A DNA stretch of 64,000 nucleotides from the human T2T-CHM13v2.0 reference genome, Homo sapiens: assembly GCF_009914755.1 (NCBI RefSeq), contig NC_060939.1. One strand, given 5' to 3'. The position numbers were made by a program, and so were the translations under genes. Every line of letters starts with the position of its first letter. The first letter of the stretch is position 1. Under the pieces are notes generated by a model. That model was given only the letters and a program-made list of their open reading frames with translations. It ran no database searches and was not told the origin of the DNA. Shown one piece after another: positions 12,850 to 25,120 of the stretch.

Positions 12850-14000
12850 TTCAGTTATGAAAATTTCCACTCATAAAATAAGATAACAAAAAATTGTGGG
12901 ATAAGTGAAAAGACCAACAGTTTGAAAGAGGTGAACCAAGCTGAAAATTTTGAGGCAAATAGTTCCAATTGAAATAGACTGAATTCGGGAAATTATATAT
13001 CACTCTTCTTGAATATATATATTTGCGTATTCAATAAAACAAGAGCAAGTGGAGCAATGGAAAATACAGAAAAGTTATTGCATAATACAGAAGAGTTATT
13101 GGAAAATGTTTTAAATCATTCTATCTTTAAAAAAGAATTGAATAAAAGTAGTGAGTAGCAAAAAAGTTACTAAAAAAAGACAAAGAGGAAATCATTTAAA
13201 AGGCATGCTGGTGAAATTCTTTTATAGCTAAAAGCACAAATGTAAATTTCAAGAGAACATATAAGAAGCAAAGAAAATGGATTCAGTAGATCTAATTCTT
13301 TTACACCAGAATTTGACAGGGAAAGAAAACCTAAACTAGCAATAATCAGATTTTTTTTATTAAGTAAAGAAATTTGAACACGCATTTAGCAATACTAGAA
13401 CCCCATTGAAATGACAGTAAAGAAAAGGATGAAATATAAAGTTGAGGAAATCTCACAAAAAGTAAAACAAGAAGACAAAGAGATAGAAAATAAAGGGAAA
13501 ATGTAAGAAAATCAGAAGACTAGTTCAGGTATTCTAATATTTGAGTAACAGTGGTTTCGTAAAGTATTGAAAAGAAAGATAAAAAGCCATAGCAATAGAG
13601 ATTGCAATGATAATAGCATTCTAAACACAAATACCACAAGTGAGAAGACAGTGAAGCAATGCCTTTCCAATGTATAACTGTATGCCCAGCCAAACTTTCA
13701 GTTAAATATATAAGTACAATAAAGACATTTTCACACAGCAAAGGTCTCAAACATTTTACTTCCACAGATTCTTTCTCAGGTAGTTTCTAGAATACGTGCT
13801 TGATTAAAACACAGGAAAAAATCAACTAAGAGAAGAAATGGAATTGAGGAAACGGATTCCGTACAAACAAAGAGCTAAGGAATCCCCCTTAGCTGCCGAC
13901 TCCAAGACAACAGCTTTGTCGCAGGCCTTTGGGCAACCAGTCCAGTTTGGAACTGATCAGAAGATTCCAGGAAAGGAGACAAAATAGAATAGTTAATTTG
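12850..14000 (+). mobile_element. Old L1 (L1M) ORF1-region remnant
   Basis: A-rich sense L1 texture, e.g. tatgcccagccaaactttcagttaaatatataagtacaataaagacattttcacac. Confidence 0.65.
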
Positions 14001-14021
14001 CTGAACACAGCTGCGATAGCC

Positions 14022-14388
14022 CATAGTATCATTCATCAGATATTTCATTTCTCCTTCCTCTGGGCTCACAGTTATAGTGCACGTTTCTCTGTCTCTTGAA
14101 ATCAGAGATGGCAATGTGACTGACTCTGGCTAATGGTGCAAGAGGAATCCTGTAAGAGCTAGTGCCTGACCACGTCCCCCTTCCGCGGGCGTCAGCAACT
14201 TCTCACGCTCCTGAAGATAGAGGCTCATCTGCCTAGGCCCTGGAGTAAAGAGATAAGGAGCAGAGACCCTGCCAACCCGCAGCGCACTCGTAAAGCGGGA
14301 AGGAAATAAGCCTCTGTTATTAGAGTCCTCTGGTTCTCTAGCGTTGTTCATTATAGCTTAGCTTAGCTTAGCCTACACTGATTAATAC
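14022..14388 (+). mobile_element. MaLR LTR, MLT1I/J-like
   Basis: atgtgactgactctggctaatgg...gaaataagcctctgtt...tagcttagcctacactgattaatac terminus. Confidence 0.7.
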
Positions 14389-15720
14389 CAAAATGAAAGG
14401 AGCTGTAGAAAACCAGTGTAAAGTTTGGAATTGACTTGCAGTTATATCCACAGAAAAGTAAGCTAATGAATAAATAAGATAAACATTGGCTCTAGAGAAA
14501 ACAAAACGACGTAGCTCAAGAAAGGAAAAGTAACCATATTAGATGGTTGGTTGCGAAGAGCTTTCTAATCATAAACTGGCTTATATTCGGTACCTACAAA
14601 CTGGTATATTAAAATACTACTGATTGGTGAAAATCTGCTGCCCGGAGCCCCCTTTCATCCTAAATTCTTCCCAAGGAACCCTAGGTCCTTCTCATAAATG
14701 AGGAACTAGAGGATTAATAACTGGCATAGTAAGAGTCTTGGGGGATCCTGTCTGGTTGGTGACTATAAATATTTTGTTCAATGTTTTGAATAATACCCCA
14801 TTGTCATCATAAGATAAATAATAAAAATGATCTACTCAAAACATTAATATATTAAATCAGGATAATGGGGAACAGGGCGTGTGCATGTGTATGGAAGGAA
14901 TGAGGAGGAGGAGTGCTAAAACAACTTCAATAATGAGAAAGCAACAGAAAATGCCAAAAACTGAAGACTCAAGAAGTAATAAAAAAAAAAGCATGTTATT
15001 GAAAAATATGGACATGAAAGAACTAAATGTTATGAAAGTAGAAAGCCTCTGAGAAGCAGAAAGTTATGGGGGGGTGGGATTGGCTGGTGGGAAGAGGGAT
15101 GTGTTTCATAGCAAGCTTTGTAGAATTATTAGACCCTTTAAACAATGTGCACATAAAACTTTGAAAAAAATAAAAGCTACATTTTAAACAGAAGCTACAG
15201 GACTTTAAAAGAATAGCAGAAAATGTTTCCAAGAAAGATTTGACTCTATTTTAAAAAGAGCCAACTGAGTTGAAAGAGTATTATTGTTGAAGAATTTGAC
15301 CTAAGCGTAACCAGGGGAAATATACATTTTGAGGATAAAAAGGAAATCTTTAGTTTTCCAGATTGAAGAAAAATGATTATCTACAAAGGAAAGAGAAGAC
15401 TGGCATCAGATTACTAATTTCATTTAATAATTCTACTGCTCATTTCCTAATCATTTGTGGGCACGCAGCTTTTGTGTTTGGACTTGTAAATAAATAGAAC
15501 GAGTTCCTGGATATTTTTTAAAATTACAAATAAAATCTATGGCATATGAAATCAGGGAGAAAACCAAAAACCTTTTTAAAATGAAAGGATCTATGACATA
15601 CAATATATAGGTTAAAAGAATGAGAATATTGTTATATACAAAAACATTAAAGAAATTAATAATATTCTGAAAAAAACTACCAAATTAATTTAATATAAAA
15701 CTTAAAGATTATAATAAATA

Positions 15721-16016
15721 GGCCAGGTGCGGTGGCTGACGCCTGTAATCCTAGCACTTTGGGAGGCCGAGGCGGGTGAATCACAAGGTCAGGAGTTCGA
15801 GACCAGCCTGGCCAACATGGTGAAACCTTGTCTCTACTAAAAATACAAAAAATTAGCTGAGTGTAGTGACGGGCGCCTGTAATCCCAGCTACTCAGGAGG
15901 CTGAGGCAGGAGAATCGCTTGAACTCAGGAGACAGAGGTTGTAGTGAGCCGAGACTGTCCCACTGCACTCCAGCCTGGGCGACAGGGTGAGACTCCGTCT
16001 CCAAAAAAAAAAAAAT

Positions 16017-16051
<35 letters not shown>
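15721..16051 (+). mobile_element. AluS (Sg-like)
   Basis: Full dimer; gaatcacaaggtcaggagttcgagacc shows the 2-bp deletion of Sg/Sc/Y lineages; long A tail. Confidence 0.93.

Positions 16052-16095
<44 letters not shown>
16052..16095. repeat. (AT)22 microsatellite abutting the Alu tail
   Basis: Direct read. Confidence 0.97.
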
Positions 16096-16101
<6 letters not shown>

Positions 16102-18105
16102 AGCAAAGGTAAACATGTTTAAACAGACAGCTGTGCCTCTCTCACATCTCTGGCATAAGTTTCTCTTATTGGTGAGATTTTTAAAACCTTAAGAACAAAC
16201 AAAAAAGACCATTACAAATGTCTATAAAATTTGATGAACATAGAATGAGAAGCTACACAGTTCCAAGCAAGTATAAAAATGACACAAAACCTGCAATATG
16301 CAGGATAAAAACTTATAAACCAATATCATTTACAAATACAGACATAAAAATCTCAACTATAAGAGTAAATGAAATTTGAAAGCTAACTTAAAGACCTGAC
16401 TATTATAATCAAATAGGGATTATTGCTGGGAGACAAGGACAGATTAGTACCAGAAATAACAATAATTTTAGCAATATGCCAAGTAAGAAAAACCATATAA
16501 TCTTATCATAAAAAGACAGAAATATAGCAGATAAAATTCACTACCCACTATTTATAAAACATCTTCAAGTAGTGAAAATAGAAGCATGTGTCACTCAACA
16601 TATAAACATTTGATTTAAACCAACAGGCAATATCATGCTTAAAGCTGATGCCATTAGAGATAGTACTAGTAAAATCAGGCACAAAACAAATATGTTCATA
16701 GATAGCTGGCCAATAATAAGAGGGAGATGGAAAAAAAAGTTATATATATTTAAAAGGAAATAGGAAAATTACTACTACTTATAACAATCCATTGAAAAAA
16801 ATATTTGAGTTAATTTTTAAAATCAATAAAATTGCTACATAAAGATATAGAACATTTCACAGAGGATGAAAAAACCATTCCCAATAAAACCAAAAATACA
16901 AACTACTAAGATAGAATCTTAATGGGAAATGTGTGACCTAGATTGGGAGAAGTGGGGATAGAAGCCTCAAGTGTTTTACTGAAAGATATAAAATAAAACT
17001 TGACTAATGGAAAGACTCAGCATGTTTCTTTATGAAAAGCCTAAATATTTTAAGGATGCCAATTCTTTCCAATTAACATATTATGCTTTAAAGCAATTTC
17101 AATAAATATCCCAATAGGGGTTTTATTTGTTTGTTTGTTTGTTTGTTTGTTTAAACTGGATCCAAATATGGTAAATTTAATTTGGAAAAATAATCAAGTT
17201 TAAGAAAATGTAATTATATTAAAAACATAAAATGGGATGAAAGAAGCCCTTCCCAAAACCAGAACACAGAGTAAAATGTCAATAATTCAAACATTCTGGT
17301 ACTGATGCAAAAATAAACAGCTTAACCAAAGCATAGAATAAATAGAAACTAGAAGAAAATACAAGATTACCAATCAAGGGAAAAGGAATGATTTCTCAAC
17401 GGGCTGGCTTCCAATCTGGTTGCATAAGGGCCCCAGAGCAGCAGAACACTTTGGACACATGGAAGGGGACATTTTCTTAGCATGACCTTACTAAGTGGGA
17501 ACTTGCACACCGTCAGTCAAGCGCTGCTGCACATCCTTCCTTAACACGGAGTTATCTAGCTTCATTTTCACCGGAATAGTTTAATGCATCAGAAACCAAA
17601 CTCAACAGAACACTCTGACCTGGCTTCCTTGATCCACCTCTATCAACTCTGCTCCTTCCCAGCGCTGGGCTTTATCTCCCAAATTCCTCTCTATCTTGTC
17701 AGCCCAACTCCACCTCACCCCTTTCAACTAACTTTTACAAATAAAACAGCGCTGTCATACCTGGTTAACTGTTTATATTCTCATATCATATCACAGGTAA
17801 GATAAATTCTGAATGAATGAGTTGACTAAAAAAAAAAACAGAAAAATTAAAAGAATAAAAGTGAATATTTATGAGAATCCTTAAGATGATATGAGGTACT
17901 ATGCTATAAAATGAAGAATGTGTTACAAAGTAAAAGATCAACAAATACAACTACCTGAAGACCTAAAGTGTTATATAGCTAAAGCATAGTGTAGAATAAA
18001 GCAAATAACAGGCTTACAAAGCATGATGAATAAAGCATTGGATGAATAGTATAATTATATAAAGAACTCACAAAATTATTTTAAAGCATTAATAATATCC
18101 CAATA

Positions 18106-18206
18106 GAAGCAGAGCTTGCAGTGAGCCGAGATTGCGCCACTGCAGTCCGCAGTCCGGCCTGGGCGACAGAGCGAGACTCCGTCTCAAAAAAAAAAAAAAA
18201 AAAAAA
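18106..18206 (+). mobile_element. 5'-truncated AluYb8-type element with 12-bp TSD aatatcccaata
   Basis: Diagnostic 7-bp duplication gcagtccgcagtccggcctggg, plus gaagc and gagattgcgcc; TSD at 18094-18105 and 18207-18218. Confidence 0.95.
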
Positions 18207-18889
18207 AATATCCCAATAAATATGTAGATAAAGGGCATGAAAGGATAGTTCATGAAAGAGAGTATACTACAGTATTAGTAAATATTTATAAAAATATTCA
18301 ATTCACTTAAAGAAATAGAAATTGAAATTATTCACCTGATTTTGATAAAAAAACTGATAATACCCATTATTGATACAGCTTCAGGAAAATTGATATTCTT
18401 AATATTGCTAGTGGCCATAAAATTATTACAATATATTTGTAAAGCAATTTAGCACTCTTAATCAAAAGCTATCAAAATATTTTTAATTCAGTAATGACAC
18501 TTCTGGGAATCTAGCCTAAGAAAATAATCTGATGCCTGGAAAAATACTGATGCATGAAGATGTCCAATTCAGTATTATAACTGCAAAGACATGAAACTAT
18601 ACACAAAGTAAAAATAGTAAATTATGATCAACCCACTGGAATTACATTTGAAGCACCAATCAAAATCATGGTTATAAGGATTATGTGGCAACATGAAATA
18701 TATGCTTAATTTTAGCTGATTACAACTACAAAAAATACATGGCAAAGTACTATAAAGATATACATACTAATATTAATACTACTATTAATAATAATACATT
18801 GAGCACCAACTCTGTGCCAGGCACTTTCCACATTCTCTCTAATCTTCATACCAACTCTAGGAAATAGAAAAGCAGGTAACAAGGTAATA

Positions 18890-19327
18890 ACTAGCAAGAG
18901 TTGCTGGCATCTTCCTGGAAGGCACAAATGTGCCCACATCACCCTTCACCCAGCTAGCTGCACACAGTGCCTTCAGCTGTCAGTGCTCTCCAGAAATTGT
19001 CCTCAGCTGAAGAGCTCAAGATCATACCCCATTCCCAGGGCAAACTGTACCCAACATCTGGTCATTGCAGAGGTATAAGGAACCAGATCCTCTGTCCCAA
19101 AAGGCCAATGGGGACAATGCCAAAAGGCCATCCCAGACTCTCAGCTCTTTCTTGTGTGGTTGGCTGGGGCCTCTGTTAAAACTGCACTGCAGCCCAGATT
19201 CTCCTTCTACTGATCCTGCTGTCTACCCTACCCCGATGAGGCTGATCCTCAGAGTTTTTTCTAATAAAATCCCTACACACTCATCTCTGTCTCAGAACAT
19301 GCTATTGGAGGATCTCAACCTACAACA
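18890..19327 (+). mobile_element. LTR16-family (ERVL) LTR
   Basis: gaaattgtcctcagctgaagag, gaggtataag, ctaataaaatccctacacactcatctctgtctcaga, terminus caacctacaaca. Confidence 0.75.
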
Positions 19328-19990
19328 GGTACTACCAAGAAAGGTCCAGGACAGTAGACACTAAAATAGAATTTTGGAGTCAGATCAAGGACACCATCAG
19401 GGCAGGTGGAGGAGCACAGACTGCACCTAGCACAAGTTTGCTGCACAACTGCTAAAATGTTCACAAGTGGTGAACTGGGATGGTATACCGGTGGAAGGAG
19501 TGCAATAGTCAGCTGTTGAGGAAATATAGAGGAAATAGGAGTTTAAAAACAATGGAATTGAAGGGCTGTTGCTGGGGACAATTGAAACTGTAGAGAAAGA
19601 TGGTGATGGTGATCATCAATTAAAAGCTGGGTGAAAACCAGAAGGCTTCCTTGGGGGATGGAAAGAAAACTGAAGATCAGGACTAAGATCCAGAGAAGGT
19701 TAAGTTCTCAACACAGGCAAAATTAGGGCCCCGATTGGGAAAGACTGGGACCCTGACATGATGGGGTCAACTGGGTTAGTGCAGTAACATGTTTTGATCC
19801 CTAGATTCCCCTGAACCATTGGACCTGCAAAGGTGTCCAACTCTCCCCTACTTCAGGCAAGTGCTTCCATTACTTGCAGATGATGCAGAGGCTTCCCCCA
19901 CCAGACAGTGTATTCACTCCAAACCCCAGAATGTGTCTCTAATTTTCCTCATGCCCAACAAACAGGGTTGAGTCAAAATATAACCTAGGA
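19328..19990 (+). mobile_element. ERVL internal sequence (ERV3-16A3-int-like), 5' part
   Basis: Directly follows the LTR; gaattttggagtcagatc, attgggaaagactgggaccctgac. Confidence 0.65.
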
Positions 19991-20306
19991 TTTAAGGCTA
20001 GAAATTATAGTAAGAAACAAGAACTAATAGCCTACGCAAATAAAAGGCACAGAAGCAAAAGAACTTATAACGGTGGGGATGCTTTGATTCTCTTTGCATC
20101 TCTACATCTGAGGGTTTCTGTTGCCCACAAACTTCCACTGCCCTCTCCTGCTTATCCTATGACTGGCCCCTGGTCCTGTCTTCCCTATCCAACTTACCGC
20201 TTATTTAGTTAAAAGGCACCCTTCCTGCCTTCCTACCAGCCAAAATCAAGTATTTTAGTCCAAATCTTGTGCCCACACCAAGAGGGTACAGAGCCAGATC
20301 AAATAA

Positions 20307-20450
<144 letters not shown>

Positions 20451-20611
20451 TGAAAATTTATTTTCTTATAAATCAACCTAAGGTTGCATTGAAACCACTT
20501 AAGATTGCACTTAAAATAATTTATCATCCATATGTTAACAGTAACGGCAATATTTGTCTTGATATTTTAACATCAATGTAGTCTGCTTAAACTATTTCAA
20601 AGGTTCTTTTA

Positions 20612-21073
<462 letters not shown>

Positions 21074-21899
21074 GCCTGCATTCACAGGAGAGATAAACTT
21101 TAAATAACTGGCACTTCTTAATTTTCTAATCTGGCAACTCTCCTATATGAATTCTTCTTTTACATTTTAATTTTTTTTACATCTCTTTACTCAAGTACAC
21201 GCTCAACCAAAATGACTTGTTTCTACCTTTGGACAGTAACTGCTTTCAGAAAATGTAAAGCTGTTGCAAAAGAATAGGTAGCTAAGATTCAGAATTTGTC
21301 AATATGGAAACTTGTATATTATGTGTCCAATACTTCAATCTAACTTAGTTAATGATGCTAAAACCATTCCTCACTGCTTTAACCTGCTAAGGAGATCCTC
21401 TGAGCAGCAGGGAGATGAATACTCAGGTGTCACATGGGAGAAGCATCATTGCTGTAGCAGCATCCATCTTGTTTAAGCCCTGCAGCAATAGAGACTTCAT
21501 GTACATGATATACTTTTTGCTCATAACTGAGGTGGCTAAAGAATTGGTGCTGAATATATAGCATAAGCAAAACAAAACATGATATATGTTATGCTTGTCA
21601 ATAAAAGAATAATCTGTTCTTGGTCTCTAGAAAAATAGAAGTTGTGGAACACCTTGATTCAAAAATAGTCTTCAACATCTTATAATTTCCATTTAAATTG
21701 TTAGAAGACAACACAGTTAGTCTATCTTCCAATATAATCTTTAATATATCTTACCTGTGAATAAGTGTTGGAAGTTGTCAATGGAAGAGTGATCATCTAA
21801 TACCTCGGCTGGTAATTGATTTATTTTCCCTTAACCAAGTTGCATAAGCTTATGAAAACAAAAGAATATATAATTGCCATATACATGTATGTACATAAA

Positions 21900-22295
21900 A
21901 CATAGCCTTGAAGTGACAATATTATGGGGATAATATATGAAACAAAATCTATAGTTGAAAATTTAATATACTTCTCTCAGAAACATAACACAGACGATAA
22001 ATAAAATATAAAAAACTTTAATAACACAATTTAATAGACATTTATACCAAATGTAGAACATAAATTTATTTTGAGAACAAATGGAACCTTCAGAAAAGTT
22101 ATCTAAGTACTGGACTTCAAGGAAAGCTTTTATAAATTTTAAAGAATTAACATTTTATAGTCTATTTCTGTGACCCCAATGCAGATATCAACTACAAAAT
22201 GATAGATTTACAAAATCTCCTACATGTCTCAAAACTCCTATATGTCTGTCTCATACCTTTGGGTTAAAGAGATGATCATATGGGGAATTATGACA
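21900..22295 (+). mobile_element. Old L1 ORF2 (endonuclease-region) fragment
   Basis: atggaaccttcagaaaagttatctaagtactggacttcaaggaaagc...tttctgtgaccccaatgca. Confidence 0.55.
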
Positions 22296-22406
22296 TACAG
22301 TCATTGCTCTTATAGTATAGTTTATGAATTTCTACAAAAGTACCATGTCATGGAATTTCACACAATAAAAATAACAGGACTCAAGGAGAAAAATAAGTGA
22401 GGATTT

Positions 22407-22982
22407 ATAGCAGGCAAAACTTCTAGACATGGCTCCCAATATTTTATGCTCTAATCTCTGGTACCCGTGAATTTAATGACATATCATTCCCATAGTTCTA
22501 ACATGCTATATGGCACAATGGACCTTAAAATGGGAGATTACCCAGGTGGGCTTAATTTAATCATATGTGCTCTTAAAAGGAGAGAATTTTCTCTGCATAG
22601 TGGCGCAGACAAAGATAGAAGATGAAGTCAGACAGGTTGGAAGTGTGAGAAGAATGACATGAGCCACTGCTGGCTTGAAGATGGAGGGGGCCCTCTGAGA
22701 AGGAATGTGGGCAGCCCCAGGAGCAGAGAGCAGAGACCAGCTGCAAGGAAACGGGGATCTCACTTCTACAACAGCCAAAAACCAAATTCACTCATCAGTG
22801 AGCTTGGAAAAGGACCCTTATCTCCAGAACTACAGCCCCTGAGGAGACCTTGATTTTAGCTTGGTGAGACATTAAGCAGAGGATCCAGCCATACCATGCT
22901 GCACTTCTGACCTACAGAAACCTTTGCGTTGTTTTAAGTGACTATATTTGTGGTAATTTGTTACATAGCAACAGAAAACTAA
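22407..22982 (+). mobile_element. MaLR LTR, MLT1E/D-like
   Basis: gggagattacccaggtgggcttaatttaatca, ctgctggcttgaagatggagggggcc, ttgtggtaatttgttacatagcaacagaaaactaa. Confidence 0.85.
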
Positions 22983-23119
22983 GGAGTGAGACAATAAAAA
23001 CATGTATAGTTTTGTAAGTAACATGCGAAAATAACTAACACATTCGAAATTGCTACCCGGTTTAAACTCCTTAAATACTTAATAAATATTATAATAAATA
23101 TAACATGTATTTTCTTTAA

Positions 23120-24145
23120 TTTGTGGCTACAGACTTCCACACATCTTTATTAGATTCTACCTGTTAATTTTGTTATTCAAACTATTGGCACCTTTGCTAA
23201 TTTTTTTGCCTGTTGGACCTATCTGTAAACAAAAGAATCAGTCGAAATCTCCCAACATGGTGGGAGATTTATCAGTTTATCCCTATGGCTTTATCAACTT
23301 TTGCTTTATATATTTTAAGGCTATTTTATTAATTGCATATGCGTTTAGAATTGTCACATCCTTTTCTTGATGGATCAAACGTTTTTTATCATTGTATATT
23401 ACCCTTTCTAACGCTGATGTTGCTTTCTTGTTTTAAAACCTACTTTTTCTTTTACACTGGTTTTCTTTTGGCTAATATTTACCCAATGTATCTTTTCCCA
23501 TTCTTTTATTTTAAAATTTTCTATTTCATTCTGTTTTAGTCTCATAAAACACATAAAACTATATTTTTAAACCTAATCTAGTAATCTCTGTCTTCTAACT
23601 TGGGAATTTAGTTAGATGATTTATATTTATAATGAGTATACAAGGATTTGTTGCTATAACTTTAGTTTCTACTTTCAATTTACTAAATTCTTTGGTTTTT
23701 TATTAGTCTTCTTTATTGCCTTTTTTTTAAAAAAAATTGATACCTATAACACTCCTCTAACAAAATAAGAACTTTATCCTGTTCTTATATCACTTGGTCT
23801 CTACCCACCCACATTCTCATATTCCAGACTTCCCTCTCAGTGATACTACATAGAATTTTAGTAATGAATTATTAAGCATATGCTTTCTCTTTTCCTTTTG
23901 CTTAGCTTTTCTTTACAGTCAAAAAATACCCAATTTTGCTGAAATACTTGATCATTCTTATTTTATATATCTCTTGCCATATCTGCAGGATTTGTTTCTC
24001 TACTGATTTGAATACTTCCTTCCAAATTTTTTTCAATATGGATCTTTGTGTTTAAGCCCCATTCACAGCCCTGTAGGCTGAAAATACTTTTATGTTTTCA
24101 TATTTAAATAATAATATGTCTGGATACAAAACTTTATATCTAAAA
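23120..24145 (-). mobile_element. Old L1 fragment (antisense)
   Basis: gtcgaaatctcccaacatggtgggagatttatcagtttatcc...ttttgctttatatattttaaggct. Confidence 0.65.
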
Positions 24146-24147
24146 TA

Positions 24148-24461
24148 CTATGGGTCCTTATAAGAGAAAGACAGGAGGATTAGATACATGGAGATGCAGA
24201 GAGGAAGGTCATGTGAAGATGGAGACAGAGATTGGATTCATGCAGCCCCATGCCAAGAAATGCCAGGGATTGCTGGAAACCACCAGAAGTGAGGAGAAAG
24301 GCAAGGAAAGGAGTTTCCTTCAGAGCTTCCAGAAGGAAGCAACCCTGCTGACATGTTGATTTCAGGCTTCTGACCTCCAAAATTGTGAGAGAATAAATTT
24401 CTGTTGTTTTAAGGTACTTAGCTTGTAATTGTTTGTTAAGGCAGCCCTTGCAAACTATTAT
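24148..24461 (+). mobile_element. MLT1B/C LTR (5' part missing)
   Basis: gtccttataagaga...catgtgaagatggag...gagagaataaatttctgttgttttaag...gcagcccttgcaaacta. Confidence 0.85.
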
Positions 24462-24469
24462 GTAGAGAT

Positions 24470-25120
24470 TAGCATCTGTTCATTGTTTCTTCCCATGAGA
24501 CCAGGTCATAGTTTCCTGGCTCTTAATATGTTGAGCAACATCCTAGATGTTGTAAATATTAAATTGTAAATACTCTGGATTATGTTATATTTATCCAAAG
24601 AGTGTTGGCATTTTTGTTTTAGTAGACTACTAATTTGATTCAACTTAGACTACAAACTATCACACCTCAGGTGGGGAGAGAGCATTAGGACTTCAGTTTA
24701 GTTCTTTAAGCTTTAGCCGTATTACGCTTCCAATTTGTCCCATGAATTCATGAAACTCAGCCAGAAACTAGGACTGAGTTTGAACACAGAATTTGGAGCT
24801 TCTCTTTTTTAGTTCTTTTCTTTTCAGGGTTTCCCCCTCATACTCTGGCCACCCTGGTTGATCTGAGCTCCTTCAACTGATTCCTCTGTCCAAATCTTCA
24901 GAGGGGTTTGTTTTAGAGTTTTAGCTGCCACAGAGCCATGGAACTTACTCTGTGGAAGTTGCTTGTTTCGAGATTCAGCACGTCTCCAAAATCCACTTAT
25001 CTGATTTCAGTCTTGAAAGACTTCAAGGAATTGTTTTTGAGATTTTGTCTAGGATTTATAGATTTTGTTTATGGGAGAATTGGCTTGTTAGATGCCTGCT
25101 TCTCCAAACTTAGAGCAGAA
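24470..25120 (-). mobile_element. Old L1M fragment (antisense)
   Basis: tactctggattatgttatatttatccaaagagtgttgg, cacagaatttggagct, ggatttatagattttgtttatgggag. Confidence 0.55.

Larger units (their letters stand above)
15190..18710 (+). mobile_element. Highly fragmented old L1 (L1ME-like) ORF2/3' region, interrupted by Alus
   Basis: Decayed ORF2/3' motifs (gataaaattcactacccac, ggaaagactcagcatgtttc, cacttctgggaatctagcctaagaaaataa). Confidence 0.6.

Noticed and set aside
13063-13101. Short imperfect tandem duplications (also ~5730-5785 and 56508-56541)
   Set aside because: Ordinary slippage duplications within decayed L1.
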